From: an uncultured bacterium
Lineage (GTDB): Bacteria; Verrucomicrobiota; Verrucomicrobiia; Limisphaerales; UBA8199
Length of the DNA stretch: 64,000 nucleotides
Assembly (NCBI GenBank): GCA_963749495.1
Contig: CAVVMW010000004.1
Location: forward strand, 608,001-672,000
Reading direction: 5' to 3'
A program made the translations under genes and the position numbers. Numbering within the stretch: position 1 is the stretch's first letter; each line of letters starts with the position of its first letter. This document shows positions 19,255-30,846 of the stretch, piece after piece. The notes under the pieces were generated by a model. It saw nothing but the letters and a program-made list of their open reading frames with translations. It was not told where the DNA came from and ran no database searches.

Positions 19255-20307
19255 TGTGCTAAGCTTCCGGCGCAATGAAAATCGATGGCCGGACATTGGA
19301 CCACAAGACCCTTGAGCATTTGCGAATCAGCGCCTGCAAGCGGGTGCTAGAGGATGGGGAGGTGCCTTCCGTGGTGGCGGCTTCCCTGGGCTTTTGCCGC
19401 ACTAGCATCTATCCGTGGCTCCGACGTGTGTGGGACGAGGGATGGGAAGCCTTGGCCGAGAAGATCGCTGAGGGCCCGGATCCGAAGCTCAGCGAGGAGC
19501 AACGCCAGAGAGTCAAGCGGTGGATCGTCGGCAAGGACCCCCGCCAGTACGGCTTTGATTTTGGTCTGTGGACCCGCCGCATCGTCCAAACGATGATTCA
19601 GAAGAAATTCAAGGTCGAACTGTGCCTCACATCGGCGGGTAAGTTGTTGGCGCAGTTAGACTTGACACCGCACAAGCCATTGCGGCGGGCTTATGAACGG
19701 GACCCGGTGCGGATCGAACTATGGACGAAGGAGGAATTCCCGAAACTTAAGAAACGAGCCCGTAAACACGGGGCGAAGATCTACTTTCTTGATGAGACGG
19801 GATTTACTTCGGAACCCAACCTGCGGCGGACCTATGGGTTGAAGGGCGGCAGAGCGGTGGTCGAGACCAGTGGCCAACGGCAAAAGGTCAATGTGATCAG
19901 CGCCGTGAGTATGCAGGGTGCCTTTTGGTGCCAGGTTTACACTCACACGCTGAAGCAAGGGGACTTTATCACGCTCCTGAAGGACTTTATGCGTGGCCAA
20001 CGAGCAAAGGTATTCCTGGTGCTGGATAGCCATCCGGCTCACATAGCCAATTCGGTCAAAGAGTATCTCCGGAGCACTAAAGGGCGGCTTGAGCTACATT
20101 TTCTGCCCCCTTACGCGCCCGATCTTAATCCCGATGAGTTCGTCTGGAACTACTTGAAGGGCAACGGCGTAGCCAAGAAGCCGCTCCTCCGGAACGAATC
20201 GCTCAAGGAGCGAGTGGAGGCCGATCTAGCCAAGCTCAAGAAAGACCGGGGGTTGCTGTGCTCTTTTTTTAAGGCCGAAAGTGTAGTCTATGTCAATGAC
20301 TGAGTAG
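19220..20307 (+). mobile_element. IS630-family element flanked by TA
   Basis: Inverted repeats CTACTCCGTCATT / AATGACTGAGTAG; TA at 19218-19219 and 20308-20309. Confidence 0.9.
19275..20303 (+). CDS. IS630 transposase
   Basis: FLDETG, LDSHPAH and LPPYAPDLNPDE motifs. Confidence 0.92.
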   Translation: MKIDGRTLDHKTLEHLRISACKRVLEDGEVPSVVAASLGFCRTSIYPWLRRVWDEGWEALAEKIAEGPDPKLSEEQRQRVKRWIVGKDPRQYGFDFGLWTRRIVQTMIQKKFKVELCLTSAGKLLAQLDLTPHKPLRRAYERDPVRIELWTKEEFPKLKKRARKHGAKIYFLDETGFTSEPNLRRTYGLKGGRAVVETSGQRQKVNVISAVSMQGAFWCQVYTHTLKQGDFITLLKDFMRGQRAKVFLVLDSHPAHIANSVKEYLRSTKGRLELHFLPPYAPDLNPDEFVWNYLKGNGVAKKPLLRNESLKERVEADLAKLKKDRGLLCSFFKAESVVYVND

Positions 20308-20308
20308 T

Positions 20309-21607
20309 AAGCTGATCACGGGAGACAACGGACTTGGCAAAACATTCTTGCTGGACGCTTGCTGGTATGCGCTGACGCGAACCTGGGCGGACGGCAAACA
20401 GTTTTACCCTTTGCCGGAAGCACCCAAGAAGCCGTTACCGGCGATTGAGTATGCGATCATAGGCAAGAACGGCAAGGAGGCCAGAAATACGGCGGAATAC
20501 CAATATCGTGATCAGTCGTGGGGGAGAAAACCAGCCCGCCCGCCAATGCCGGGTCTGGTAATCTACGCCCGCATCGACGGCGGGTTTTCGGTCTGGGATC
20601 CAGCGCGAAACTATTGGCGTGACGAGGAAACCGGGCATGAGACGGAACGACCGGACGCCTACCAATTCACGAAGGATGAGGTCTGGGACGGACTTGAGCC
20701 CGGTGAAGGGAAGCAGAAGAAGATCATTTGCAACGGTCTTCTTCGTGACGTGGAGAGCTGGCGTGCCCATGGCATGGGCGCATTCGCTCTCCTGGGCGGC
20801 GTTCTCGAAGGGCTCTCCGCAGGAGAGTCTGAACCGCTCAAGCTCGGCGAGGGCGTGCGGGTGCGCCTGGATGACGTGCGTGACATCCCCACGCTCAAGA
20901 TGCCGTATGGGCTTGTGCCTGTAACCCAGGCCGCTGGCGGTATGCGCAGAGTCCTGGGGCTCGCCTACTTGCTCGTGTGGGCCTGGGAAGAGCACGTTCG
21001 CGCGGCTAAGCTCCAGAAAGATGAGCCAACCAACCGCATGGTGGTGCTGTTCGACGAGGTCGAAGCCCACCTTCATCCAAAGTGGCAGAGGGTATTCCTT
21101 CCCGCCCTCATGAAGGTTGTCGATGGCCTCTTGGTGAAGGGGCAAGTTGAAGCGAATACGAACGATGCACGCAAGACTCTTGACCAAAAGGCCGATTTTG
21201 TGCTCACGAGAATTCCAAGGTCGTTCCAGATCATCGCCACCACCCACGCGCCTTTGGTGTTGGCCTCAGCGGAACCCGAATGGCTCGGCACATCGGACAA
21301 GCTCTTCGACTTCAGCCTTGACCGAAACCGCCGGGTGCATCTTGATGAGATCCCCTTCGCCAAACATGGTAACATTGTCAACTGGCTGGATTCGGAGTCA
21401 TTTGATTCCACACCGGCATACTCTGTTCCCGCCAAGCAGGCAATCGACCGGGCCGACAACCTCATGCGCCAGCACCCTGACCCGCTGACCGCACCAGCCG
21501 AAGCCAAGGAGGCAATTAACCGTGACTTAAGAAGTGCCTTGGGGGGGGACGATGAATACTGGCCACTTTGGCTGGCCTATTACGAACATGGAAGGGGGAA
21601 CACATGA
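20309..21607 (+). CDS. AAA_21/ABC-type ATPase (Septu PtuA-like), start removed by IS630
   Basis: KLITGDNGLGKT begins immediately after the IS; LFDEVEAHLHPKWQR and TTHAP. Confidence 0.8.
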   Translation, partial: KLITGDNGLGKTFLLDACWYALTRTWADGKQFYPLPEAPKKPLPAIEYAIIGKNGKEARNTAEYQYRDQSWGRKPARPPMPGLVIYARIDGGFSVWDPARNYWRDEETGHETERPDAYQFTKDEVWDGLEPGEGKQKKIICNGLLRDVESWRAHGMGAFALLGGVLEGLSAGESEPLKLGEGVRVRLDDVRDIPTLKMPYGLVPVTQAAGGMRRVLGLAYLLVWAWEEHVRAAKLQKDEPTNRMVVLFDEVEAHLHPKWQRVFLPALMKVVDGLLVKGQVEANTNDARKTLDQKADFVLTRIPRSFQIIATTHAPLVLASAEPEWLGTSDKLFDFSLDRNRRVHLDEIPFAKHGNIVNWLDSESFDSTPAYSVPAKQAIDRADNLMRQHPDPLTAPAEAKEAINRDLRSALGGDDEYWPLWLAYYEHGRGNT

Positions 21608-22194
21608 TTCCTGTTCGGAGACCGCCTAAACCAAGAGACTTCAATCGTGATTGCCGCACGCCGGGCAATCAGTGGCTTGCGGCTAACCCAGGCTCCAATG
21701 CATTCCCAGACTACTGGACCAAATTTCAACCAGACCTCGAGAAGGCTTTCGCTTGTCGCTGTGGCTGGTGGGCGGTGAGGATCGCAGATGGTGAGGTGGA
21801 CCATTACTTGAGCAAAAAGAACCACCGGCGCTTGGCCTACGAATGGTCCAACTATCGTTACATTGCGGGCAGCGTAAACTCCTCGAAAGGGAATCACGAT
21901 GATGCACTGCTCGATCCATTTGAGGTCTAGGCCGGCTGGTTCGAGGTGATTCTGCCTTCGATGCTGCTCCTTCGGACCGCCCAGGTGCCAGCTCACCTTC
22001 AAGCAAAGGCGGACTTCACGGTCGAGCAGCTCAAGCTGAAGAAGGGGCCTAAGATCCGGAAAATCCGCAAGAGATACTACGAAGAGCACAAGTTCAAAGG
22101 GCTCCGGATGAATCTGCTACATGACTACGCTCCTTTGGTCGCTCTCCCAGTCGAGAAATGGCAAAGGGATCACCCCGGCACTCCTCTCCCATGA
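21604..22194 (+). pseudogene. HNH endonuclease (PtuB-like) with in-frame TAG at 21928
   Basis: RCGW..VDHYLSK..LAYEWSNYR..NSSK; the frame continues to 22194. Confidence 0.75.
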
Positions 22195-22294
22195 AAAACA
22201 CGTGGCAAAGCCTTCGGTCTCTCGGCCGCGTTGTCCCAGTCTTCCCCTGTCTGTTCCCCCGCATCCGTGCCATCCGGGTAATCCATGGTTAAAT

Positions 22295-24892
22295 ATGGGC
22301 AAACTCTCTGACAGAATCCGCGAAATGCTCGCCCGCCAGGTGAAGCAGCGCGGCATTGTCGTGTGGTATGACCCAGACAAGGCTTATGCCAACCTGGCGC
22401 AGAGTCTTGGCCTGTCGGAAACCACCGTGCTGATCTACACAGACGGCTTCTTCCGCCTCCGACATGAGCTTGAGCCGCACCTTGAGTTCGTCACGCCCGA
22501 GGGCAAACCCGGCGACGGCTGCGGCGTGCCCCCTAACGTTGTGGTTTATGTGCCGATGGAACGGGCGCAAACGGCGCATGCGCTCGTCGAGGCCGAGACC
22601 GCCGGCGTGGTGGTTGAACCGGGTGCCGCAGTGCCCGAATGCAACAGCCGCCTGCGGGCCCAGGCCGAGGCGTTCTTCCTCGAAGTCGCCCCCGAGAAAG
22701 CTGCTCACCTTGCCCGCCAGGTGGACGAAGGGCTCCTCACGCTCGAAGACATCGACCGCATCGCCAACGAGGTCGGCAGCATCACCTCCGGGGCCCTCAA
22801 ACTGGTCTTTGGCGCGGCATCGCCCCTCGAACTCATCATCGAGTTCGCCTCCGGGGATGCCAAAGACGCCAAGCTCACTGAAAAGAATGCGCTCGGCGAG
22901 CTTCGGTCCCTGGTCCAGTCCGAATTGGGCCTGGACTTCGGGGACGTCGACAGTCCGGCCGGGGCTCGCCAGACGCTCCGCCGGCTCATTCTCCTGGCCG
23001 AGCTTGCTGGGGCCCTCCCGGAGGCGGGCCGGCCCGCCCCGCTAAAGACCGTGGCGGTGCCCGAAAAGCCCGTCCAACTGGACGCCCTGCGTCATCTTTG
23101 CGCGACCTGGCGCAATCGCGTGGATATGCGCGAAGGATATGTAGATGCCACCATCAGACTGGAAGCGGCCGCCGCTATCAGCCAGATGGATTTTCAGCCC
23201 CAGGACCTGGAGGCGGTCGAGACGTTTCCATGCCTCGAAAGCCGGATGCTGCTGGACGCCGAGAGGCAACTGCTCGAGGGCAGTGCAGAGCCGGTTCTCG
23301 CTCTGGCGGCCAGGCGAAAGGGGTCGTTCTGGAGCCGCGAGCAGCCCCCTGTTTCGCTCCGCTGGTCCGCCCTGGAGCTGGCCGCGCGGCTGGTTCAAAC
23401 GGCCTCGGCGATTCGGGAGAGTCTCAAGCGCCTCGCCCCGACCGCCGCCGAGATGATCCGGGCCTACACCCAGTTCTCCGACCCGTGGATGATGGTGGAC
23501 CGGTTCCACCGCCATTGGGAAAGCCGGTTGCTCAACATTGACCCAGGCGAGTGCGGCGGCGAGGCCGATTTCGAGAAGCTCGTCGCCAGGGTCCGCCACG
23601 ATTACGCCTCGTTGATGGACGAGCTGAGCCGCGCCTTCGTGTCCAAGCTGGAGGGGTCCGGCTTTGAGATCAGCGGCGGTTTGCGCCAGAGCCACGTCTA
23701 TGCCGATCGGGTGGCGCTGGCCCTCGATGAGGGCCGCAAGACGGTTTACCTCATGGTGGACGCCCTGCGCTACGAGATGGGGGCTGAGCTTCTGGACGGC
23801 CTGGGCGATGATTTCGAGATCAGCCTGGAGCCGGGCACCGGTTGCCTCCCATCCACCACCCCGGTCGGGATGGCCGCCTTCCTTCCCGGCGCTGAGAAGG
23901 GGCTCGAATTGTCTGGAGCTGCCGGCAAGCTGGCTATCACCGTCGAGGGACAGGCCCTGAGGGACCGCCAGGGCCGCATGGCCTATTTCGCTGAGAGGGT
24001 TTCCAACGGCTTGGTCGTTCTCAAGCTGGCCGAAGTCCTCAAGCTCGGGTCCAAGCGCAAGAAGGAGCTGGCCCAGGCCAGGCTGATAGTCGTGACGTCA
24101 CAGGAGATTGACCGCCTGGGCGAGGACGGCGACGACCAGGCGGATGCGCGCCGTTGGATGGACGAGATGCTTGAGCGCCTCCGGCAGGCCATCCGGATTC
24201 TCGCCCGCCTGGGTTGGGAGCGCTTCGTCATTACGGCCGACCACGGCTACCTCTTCGCCGAGCAGCTTGATCCTGGCATGATGATGGACCCTCCCGGTGG
24301 AAGCACCGTCGAGTTGCACCCGCGTGTCTGGGTCGGCAAAGGCGGTCAGGCCGCCGAGGGCTACGTGCGCGTGGCGGCCAGCCAACTCGAATTGGGAGGC
24401 GATTTGGAGCTCGCCTTCCCACGCAGCCATGCCTGCTTCAAGGTGAGGGGCCGGGCCGGCGGCTATTTCCACGGTGGCATTTCCTTGCAGGAGATGATCA
24501 TCCCGGTCGCCGTCCTCCGCAGCAGGGCGGCTAAACCCGCGGGCACCGGTGGGGCCAGGATCACGCTGGAATTCTCCAAACTGGCCGTCACCAACCGTTT
24601 CTTCTCGGTGGTGGCGACGCTGAAGGAGGAAGGGTTGTTTTCCCCGGAGGAAGTCCGGGTGCGCGCGGCAGTCGTCTCCGTGAAGACGGAGGCCGGCTTC
24701 TGCGCCATGGCAGCCTACGGCTATGAAGAAGGCACGCGGGAGATCACTCTCAAAAAGAACCAGCCCAACGCGCTCACCATCATGCTGGCCGGCGATGGAA
24801 GTCTCGACAAGGTGACCGTGCGCTTGTTTGACTGCCATACTCAATTGGAACTGGCTGCACTCGCCGACCTGCCGGTGAAACTTACGATTTAG
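22295..24892 (+). CDS. pglZ: BREX PglZ-domain alkaline-phosphatase-fold protein
   Basis: VVWYDP, VDALRYE, LPSTTPVGMAA, TADHG and FHGGISLQEM motifs. Confidence 0.9.
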   Translation: MGKLSDRIREMLARQVKQRGIVVWYDPDKAYANLAQSLGLSETTVLIYTDGFFRLRHELEPHLEFVTPEGKPGDGCGVPPNVVVYVPMERAQTAHALVEAETAGVVVEPGAAVPECNSRLRAQAEAFFLEVAPEKAAHLARQVDEGLLTLEDIDRIANEVGSITSGALKLVFGAASPLELIIEFASGDAKDAKLTEKNALGELRSLVQSELGLDFGDVDSPAGARQTLRRLILLAELAGALPEAGRPAPLKTVAVPEKPVQLDALRHLCATWRNRVDMREGYVDATIRLEAAAAISQMDFQPQDLEAVETFPCLESRMLLDAERQLLEGSAEPVLALAARRKGSFWSREQPPVSLRWSALELAARLVQTASAIRESLKRLAPTAAEMIRAYTQFSDPWMMVDRFHRHWESRLLNIDPGECGGEADFEKLVARVRHDYASLMDELSRAFVSKLEGSGFEISGGLRQSHVYADRVALALDEGRKTVYLMVDALRYEMGAELLDGLGDDFEISLEPGTGCLPSTTPVGMAAFLPGAEKGLELSGAAGKLAITVEGQALRDRQGRMAYFAERVSNGLVVLKLAEVLKLGSKRKKELAQARLIVVTSQEIDRLGEDGDDQADARRWMDEMLERLRQAIRILARLGWERFVITADHGYLFAEQLDPGMMMDPPGGSTVELHPRVWVGKGGQAAEGYVRVAASQLELGGDLELAFPRSHACFKVRGRAGGYFHGGISLQEMIIPVAVLRSRAAKPAGTGGARITLEFSKLAVTNRFFSVVATLKEEGLFSPEEVRVRAAVVSVKTEAGFCAMAAYGYEEGTREITLKKNQPNALTIMLAGDGSLDKVTVRLFDCHTQLELAALADLPVKLTI

Positions 24893-24894
24893 CC

Positions 24895-26924
24895 ATGAAC
24901 GACGCACTCGACTTGAAAACTGCGGAGGTCTTCGCGGGCAAGGTTGTCCGCAAAGACCTGGTGCGAAAAATCAAAGTCGGCGCCAATGTGCCCGTGTTCG
25001 TCCTGGAATACCTGCTCGGCAAGTATTGCGCCACGGATGACCCGGCCGCCATTGACGCCGGACTGCGGGTCGTAAACAGCACGCTCGCGGACAATTTCGT
25101 CCGGGCCGAGGAGGCCAACAAGGCGCAGGCCCTGGTCAAGGAAAAGGAGCGGCACACCTTCATCGACAAGGTCAAGGTCCGCTACGTCGCCGAGGATGAC
25201 AAATACTGGGCCGAGTGCGTCAACTTCGGCTACAAGTATCTCCATGTCCCGGACCGATACGCCCGCGATTTCGACCGGCTCCTGATGGGGGGCGTTTGGG
25301 CGCAAGTTGAGATTCGCCACCAGTATGATGAGGAGGCGCGCGGCACCCGCAGCCCGTTTTGGATCGAAAACCTCACCCCCATTCAACTGGCCAACTTCAA
25401 CCTTGAGGACTACCGGCAGGGACGCGCCCGTTTCACGTCAGAGGAATGGGTGGATTTCCTGGTTCGGAGCATCGGCCTGGAGCCGACGCAGTTCGACCGC
25501 CGGCTCAAGCTGCTCCTCCTGGCCCGGCTCATTCCCCTGTGCGAAAGCAACTTCAACCTGGTCGAACTCGGCCCAGGGGCACCGGCAAGTCCTACGGCTA
25601 CCAGGAACTCAGCCCCTACGCCATCCTGATGACCGGGCCGACCACCGTGGCCAACCTCTTCTACAACATGGCGTCCGGGAAGATCGGCCTGGTCGGGCTG
25701 TGGGATGCCGTCGGCTTCGATGAAGTCGCCGACCTCCAGAAAATGCCCAAGGAGGTCGTCACCACGCTCAAGACCTACTGCGAATCCGGCACGTTTGCCC
25801 GCGGCAAGGAATCCCTGACAGGCAAGGCGTCCATTGCCCTGTTCGGCAACACCAACCAGGCCGTGGAGGTCATGGTCAAGTCCTCCCACCTGTTCGTGCC
25901 CATGCCGGACGTCATCCGCGACGACCTGGCCTTCCTTGACCGCATCCACTACTACATTCCCGGCTGGGAAGTGCCCAAGATGCGGATGGAGTATTTCACG
26001 GACCATTACGGCTTCGTTGTGGATTACCTCGCGGAGGCGTTGCGGGAACTGCGGCGCCACAACTTCACCGAGGTCATCGACCAGCACTTCTCCATAGGCG
26101 AGCACTTGAACGCCCGTGACGTGAAAGCCGTTCGCAAGGCCGTCTCCGGCCTGATCAAGCTCATCTATCCCGATGGCCGTCTGGAGAAAGAAGAACTCGC
26201 CGAACTGCTTACCCTGGCCCTGGAGGGCCGTCGGCGGGTCAAGGAACAGCTCAAGAAAATCGGCGCCTTCGAGTATCACCAGACTTCGTTCTCCTACCGG
26301 GACAAGGAAACAACCGAAGAAAAATACGTCGGCGTGCCCGAGGAGGGGGGACGCGCCCTCATTTCCACCGACCCGCTCGCCCCGGGGTGCCTTTACGCGG
26401 CCTCGGTCAATGCCGAAGGGAAGGTTGGCCTCTACCGCATCGAAGTCGGGCTCTCCGCCGGCACGGGCAAGCTCAAGCTGGCGGGCGGCCTGGAAAGCCG
26501 CATGAAAGAATCCGCCCAGCGCGCCTTTGGTTTCCTCCAGGGCCATAAAGTCCCGATGGGGATCGCGAGCATTTTCGACACCACCGATTTCCATGTCGAG
26601 GCCATCGACCTGCTCGGCAACCAAATCACCTGCGAAGCCGGCATTGCCCTGATCGTCGCCATTTTCTCCGCCATCAAGAAGTCCCCGCCCATGGCCGGGC
26701 TCATCGTCCTCGGCGACCTCAGCATCCAGGGCAACATTAAAGCTGTTCAGTCCCTGGTCGAACCGCTGCAAATTGCCATGGAAAACGGCGCCCGCCGGGC
26801 CTTGATCCCGCTGGAAAACAAACGCAATTTCCTCGAAGTCTCCGGCGAAATCATGGAGAAAGTGGACCCCATCTTCTACTCCGACCCGCAGACCGCGGCC
26901 ATGAAGGCGCTGGCGCTGAAATAG
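24895..26924 (+). CDS. brxL: BREX Lon-like protein BrxL, frameshifted near 25575
   Basis: GANVPVFVLEYLLGKYC, GPRGTGKS split across frames, FDEVA, Lon-like C-terminus. Confidence 0.88.
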
Positions 26925-26962
26925 CCCACCAACAACTGAACTGAACCACCGCGAACGGCACT

Positions 26963-28500
26963 ATGTTTCTCACCGACCACGAAACTGCGACTGACCTCCT
27001 ATATTGCGAGGCTATCTCGAAAACTGTCGTGCGCCTGATCCAAGAGGCTGGACCTCAGCCGCTGTCCATGGGGATCCATGGCGACTGGGGTGCCGGAAAA
27101 TCGAGCCTCCTCCTCATGATTGAAGCAGCGCTTGAGAAGGGAAAGGGCATCGCCTGTGTGCGCTCCGATAGCTGGCAATTCCAGGGTTTTCAAGACGCAA
27201 AAACCGTCCTGATAGAGCAAATCCTAACCGCTTTGGAAAAGCGGGTCACTGGCATACCGAAAGCCAAGAAACTCTTACTCGACATTTTGCGTCGAGTAAG
27301 GGTTCTCAAAATCGCTCGCGCAGTCGCCGGTCTGATTATTACTGCCAAGATGGGAATCCCCGTAAGCTCGATTTCGGAACTCGGGGAAGCGCTAACGGAC
27401 CGAGCGGTCGAAAAGCCAGTCGAGGCCGTAAAGGGCGTGGAGTCCTTGGGACAATGTGTTTCGGAACCCGAGGTCAAGACTCTTCCCAAGGAAATGGAAG
27501 GATTCCGAGAGGAATTTGCTGAGTTGCTCAAGGAGGCGGGCATTACCCGATTGGTTGTGTTGCTGGATGATTTGGACAGATGCCTTCCAGCTACAGCAAT
27601 TGAGACACTCGAGGCCATCAAGCTTTTCCTCTTTGTGCCGGGAGCCGTCTTTGTTATCGCAGCGGATGAGGGGATGATCGAATACGCAGTGAGAAAGCAC
27701 TTCCCGGAATTGCCGACGACAGCGAGCGCATCTTCTTACGCTCGCAACTACCTGGAGAAGCTCGTTCAAGTGCCGTTTCGCATTCCTGCTATGGGCCTGG
27801 CAGAGACACGGGTGTATATCGCCCTGCTGATGCTGGAAGCGAAACTGACCGCGGGGAACCCTGTCTTTAAGGTGGTGCGCGACGTAGCGCGGGAAGCGTT
27901 GCGTAAACCGTGGGAACGGGAGGTCTTCGACCGGGCACATTTGCGGGATAAATTAGGCAACAGCACCTGGCCAGGACCGTTGGAAGAGGCCCTCATACTC
28001 AGCGATCAGCTCGCCCCGATGCTCGCCGACCAGACCAAGGGCAATCCGCGCCAGGTGAAGCGCTTTCTCAACGCGCTGCTCCTCCGTCAGAGCATAGCGG
28101 CGGCTCGCGGCTTGCACGATGACATCAAGACAACTGCCCTAGCTAAGGTGATGCTTGCCGAACGGTTCTTGCCCGATTTGTATGAACAGCTTGCCGTCGA
28201 AGCCGCCAACTCCGCTAATGGCACTGCGCCGATGCTGTTGGAGTTGGAGAAGAGGGAGGAGGCGGCGAGCTTGAAGGAGAAAGCCAAGCCACCGCCAGCA
28301 GAAGCGGCCAAAAAGGCAGATGGAGCGAAGGCATGGGGCTTGCTTGAGCCAGCTCTGGCAAACGAGGACCTCCGTCCTTACATTCTCGTCACGCGCGATC
28401 AACGAAACCCGTTCAGCGTGTTGACGAGCAGACACGCGGAGTTGATTTCTCGGCTTCTTGGGCCTCGTTTGGCTGTTTCCGGCGCAGTTGCCGAAGTGAA
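26963..28500 (+). pseudogene. qatA: KAP-family NTPase QatA, 3'-truncated by IS1380
   Basis: GDWGAGKSS, LDDLDRCLP, YLEKLVQVPFRIP and NPRQVKRFLN; runs into the IS end. Confidence 0.8.
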
Positions 28501-28727
28501 CCCCTCAGTTGCATAAAAATGTAGTTGTTTAACCGCCCTGGCCTCTCGAAAGCGGCCTCCTGCGCGGCTGCAAGCCATCTACTGAGCGCCGCTTCTCTGG
28601 CGAAGCAGAAGCCACTAAAAGTGGGGTTTGCCAAACGCCATTTCGCCCTTCTGCCGGTTACAAAAAAAATGCAAAAAAATGCGATTCGGGGCTTGACATT
28701 TCCGATAGCCTATATTATGTATCGGAT

Positions 28728-29099
28728 ATGAAGAAAACGATCTCTATCCCGCAAATCGAAGCTCGTATCCAACACATCAAAACCCAACTCGCCGCCTTGG
28801 GCGATATGCGTCCCGGAAGCCTTTCCCGGCAGTATAACGTCTGCGGCAAGCCGGGCTGCCGTTGTAAGGACCCCGAAAAACCCCGACGCCACGGCCCCTA
28901 TTACCAACTGAGTTGGGTGCATCGCCGCAAGAGCACCAGCCAGTTCATCCGCCCCGGCTTTGTCGCTCAGGTCAAGGCCCAACTGGCCACTTATAGAACC
29001 TCTCGCAAGCTGACGGCACAATGGGTCGAGTTAGCCCTCCAGGCAGCCCAACTGAGGCTCCAAGCCGCCAGAGACACCGCCACGCTCCAACCCAAGTGA
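28728..29099 (+). CDS. Small IS-associated protein (DUF6788-like)
   Basis: GSLSRQYNVCGKPGCRC..HGPYYQLS motif. Confidence 0.75.
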   Translation: MKKTISIPQIEARIQHIKTQLAALGDMRPGSLSRQYNVCGKPGCRCKDPEKPRRHGPYYQLSWVHRRKSTSQFIRPGFVAQVKAQLATYRTSRKLTAQWVELALQAAQLRLQAARDTATLQPK

Positions 29100-29142
29100 G
29101 CCTCCACCCGCCCCCCCTCCTTTCACCTCAAACCCTTCTCCC

Positions 29143-30550
29143 ATGAGACTTAGCCAGCAGCAAATCTATACGAGAGCCTCCTCGATGCCGCAGGTGCAAT
29201 TCCAGGAACAACAACTGACCAGCTTCGGCGGTTTGCTCATCTTCCAGCAACTCTTCGGCAAAATCCAACTCAAGGAGCGCTTGCACCAGTGCTCGGCCCA
29301 TCTGGCCTGCCTGCCGGCAGGCAGGCCGGCAAGACCCTCTATCAGCCGCACGTGGTTGTGCTCTGGCTCATCGTGCACCTGCTCCTGGGCTTTCGCAAGC
29401 TGCGCGACATCCAATTCTATAAAGAGGACCCGCTGGTGCGGCGCGTGCTGGGTCTCAAGGCGCTCCCGGACGTTTCGACCCTCAGCCGCATTCTGGCCGA
29501 CTTCGATGAACCGGCGGTGGCCGCCCACCAGGGGTTGAATCGCCAGCAGGTCCTGGGACGACTGGCACAGGAGGGGCTCGCGCGCGTGACCTTGGACTTC
29601 GACGGCAGCGTCCTGTGGGCCAGCAAACACGCCGAAGGAACCGCAGTGGGCTTCAACAAGCAGAAGAAGGGCGCCCGGAGCTACTACCCCCTCTTCTGCA
29701 CCGTGGCGCAGACGGCGCAAGTCCTGGACGTGTTGCACCGCTCGGGCAACGTGCACGACTCCAATGGAGCCGTAGAGTTTGTGCGCCAATGTGTGGGGCG
29801 CCTGCGCCAAGCCCTGCCCGGAGTCCAGATCGAGGTCCGGATGGATAGCGCCTTTTTCAGTGATGAGATGGTTGGGGCGCTGGAGCAACTCGACGTGGAA
29901 TTCACCGTGTCGGTCCCCTTCGAGCGTTTTGTGGAGCTCAAGGCTCTGATCCAGGACCGGCGCGTGTGGTGGCCGGCCACGGTGGACGGTAGACTGCGGT
30001 ATTTCCTCAAGCTCTGGAAGCCCAAGTGCTGGGAAACGCCCCGCCGGTTCATCTTCATTCGCCAGGAGAGCACCGTGCAACAGAAGGGTCCCATCCAGTT
30101 AGACATCTTCGAACCCCACCAGACGGGATTTGAATTCAAGGTGATCGTGACCAACAAGACCGGGCCTGCCTGCCGGCAGGCAGGCTGGCCCTGAACGTCG
30201 TCCGCTTCCATGAGGGCCGAGGGCAGCAGGAGAAGCTCTTGGGCGAACTCAAAGACCAAGCCCAGATGGATTACTTGCCGGGTCGCAAATGGGTGACCAA
30301 CAAGATGTACCTGCTCTGCGCCGTGCTGGCCCACAACCTGGGCCGGGAGTTACAGAGGGACGCCCGCGCCCCGGAACGCGCCACCACCCACAAGCGCAGT
30401 GCCTTGTGGATCTTTGAGGGCTTGGAGATGATGCGGCGCAAGTTCATCCAACGGGCGGGACGACTCACCCGGACCAATGGCCGCCTGACCCTGACGTTGA
30501 CCGCCAACAAAGTGGTGGAACAGACCTTCCGCAGCTACCTCCAGGCGTAG
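29143..30550 (+). pseudogene. IS1380 transposase disrupted by two 20-bp palindromic insertions
   Basis: LTSFGGL, LDFDGSV, RMDSAFF and FHEGRGQQE; one continuous frame is restored by removing 29306-29325 and 30165-30184. Confidence 0.88.
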
Positions 30551-30781
30551 CCACCCAGCTTTCTTAAGCCTACAGACCCGGCTGCAACGCTAAAGTGCGT
30601 GCCGGAGTAGCCTTCCTTCTCCTCCCCAATTCCTTCCACTGGTCGTTCCTCGCCGTGGTTGCGCTCTGCGGCTGCCCGCTCGCCGCTCGCGCTTGCCGAG
30701 GCACAGGCCACGCGAGCCACCGCAGTCCTAAAGAATGCTCCCATTGGTCGCAAAAAGGGCCATTTTTATGCAACGTTAGGG

Positions 30782-30846
30782 TTTACACGGCGGGGATGCA
30801 GGAAGTTGGAAGGCTGCTGGATCGGGTGGTAACGCAGCCCAGATGA
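30782..30846 (+). pseudogene. qatC: Probable C-terminal remnant of qatC
   Basis: YTAGMQEVGRLLDRVVTQPR-stop overlaps the qatD start; the call rests on position in the qatABCD order. Confidence 0.45.

Larger units (their letters stand above)
28501..30781 (+). mobile_element. IS1380-family element
   Basis: Inverted repeats CCCCTCAGTTGCATAAAAATG and CATTTTTATGCAACGTTAGGG. Confidence 0.85.

Noticed and set aside
21928..21930. TAG readthrough or pyrrolysine in the HNH gene
   Set aside because: No suppressor tRNA or pyl genes seen; the surrounding island is decaying, so a nonsense mutation is simpler.
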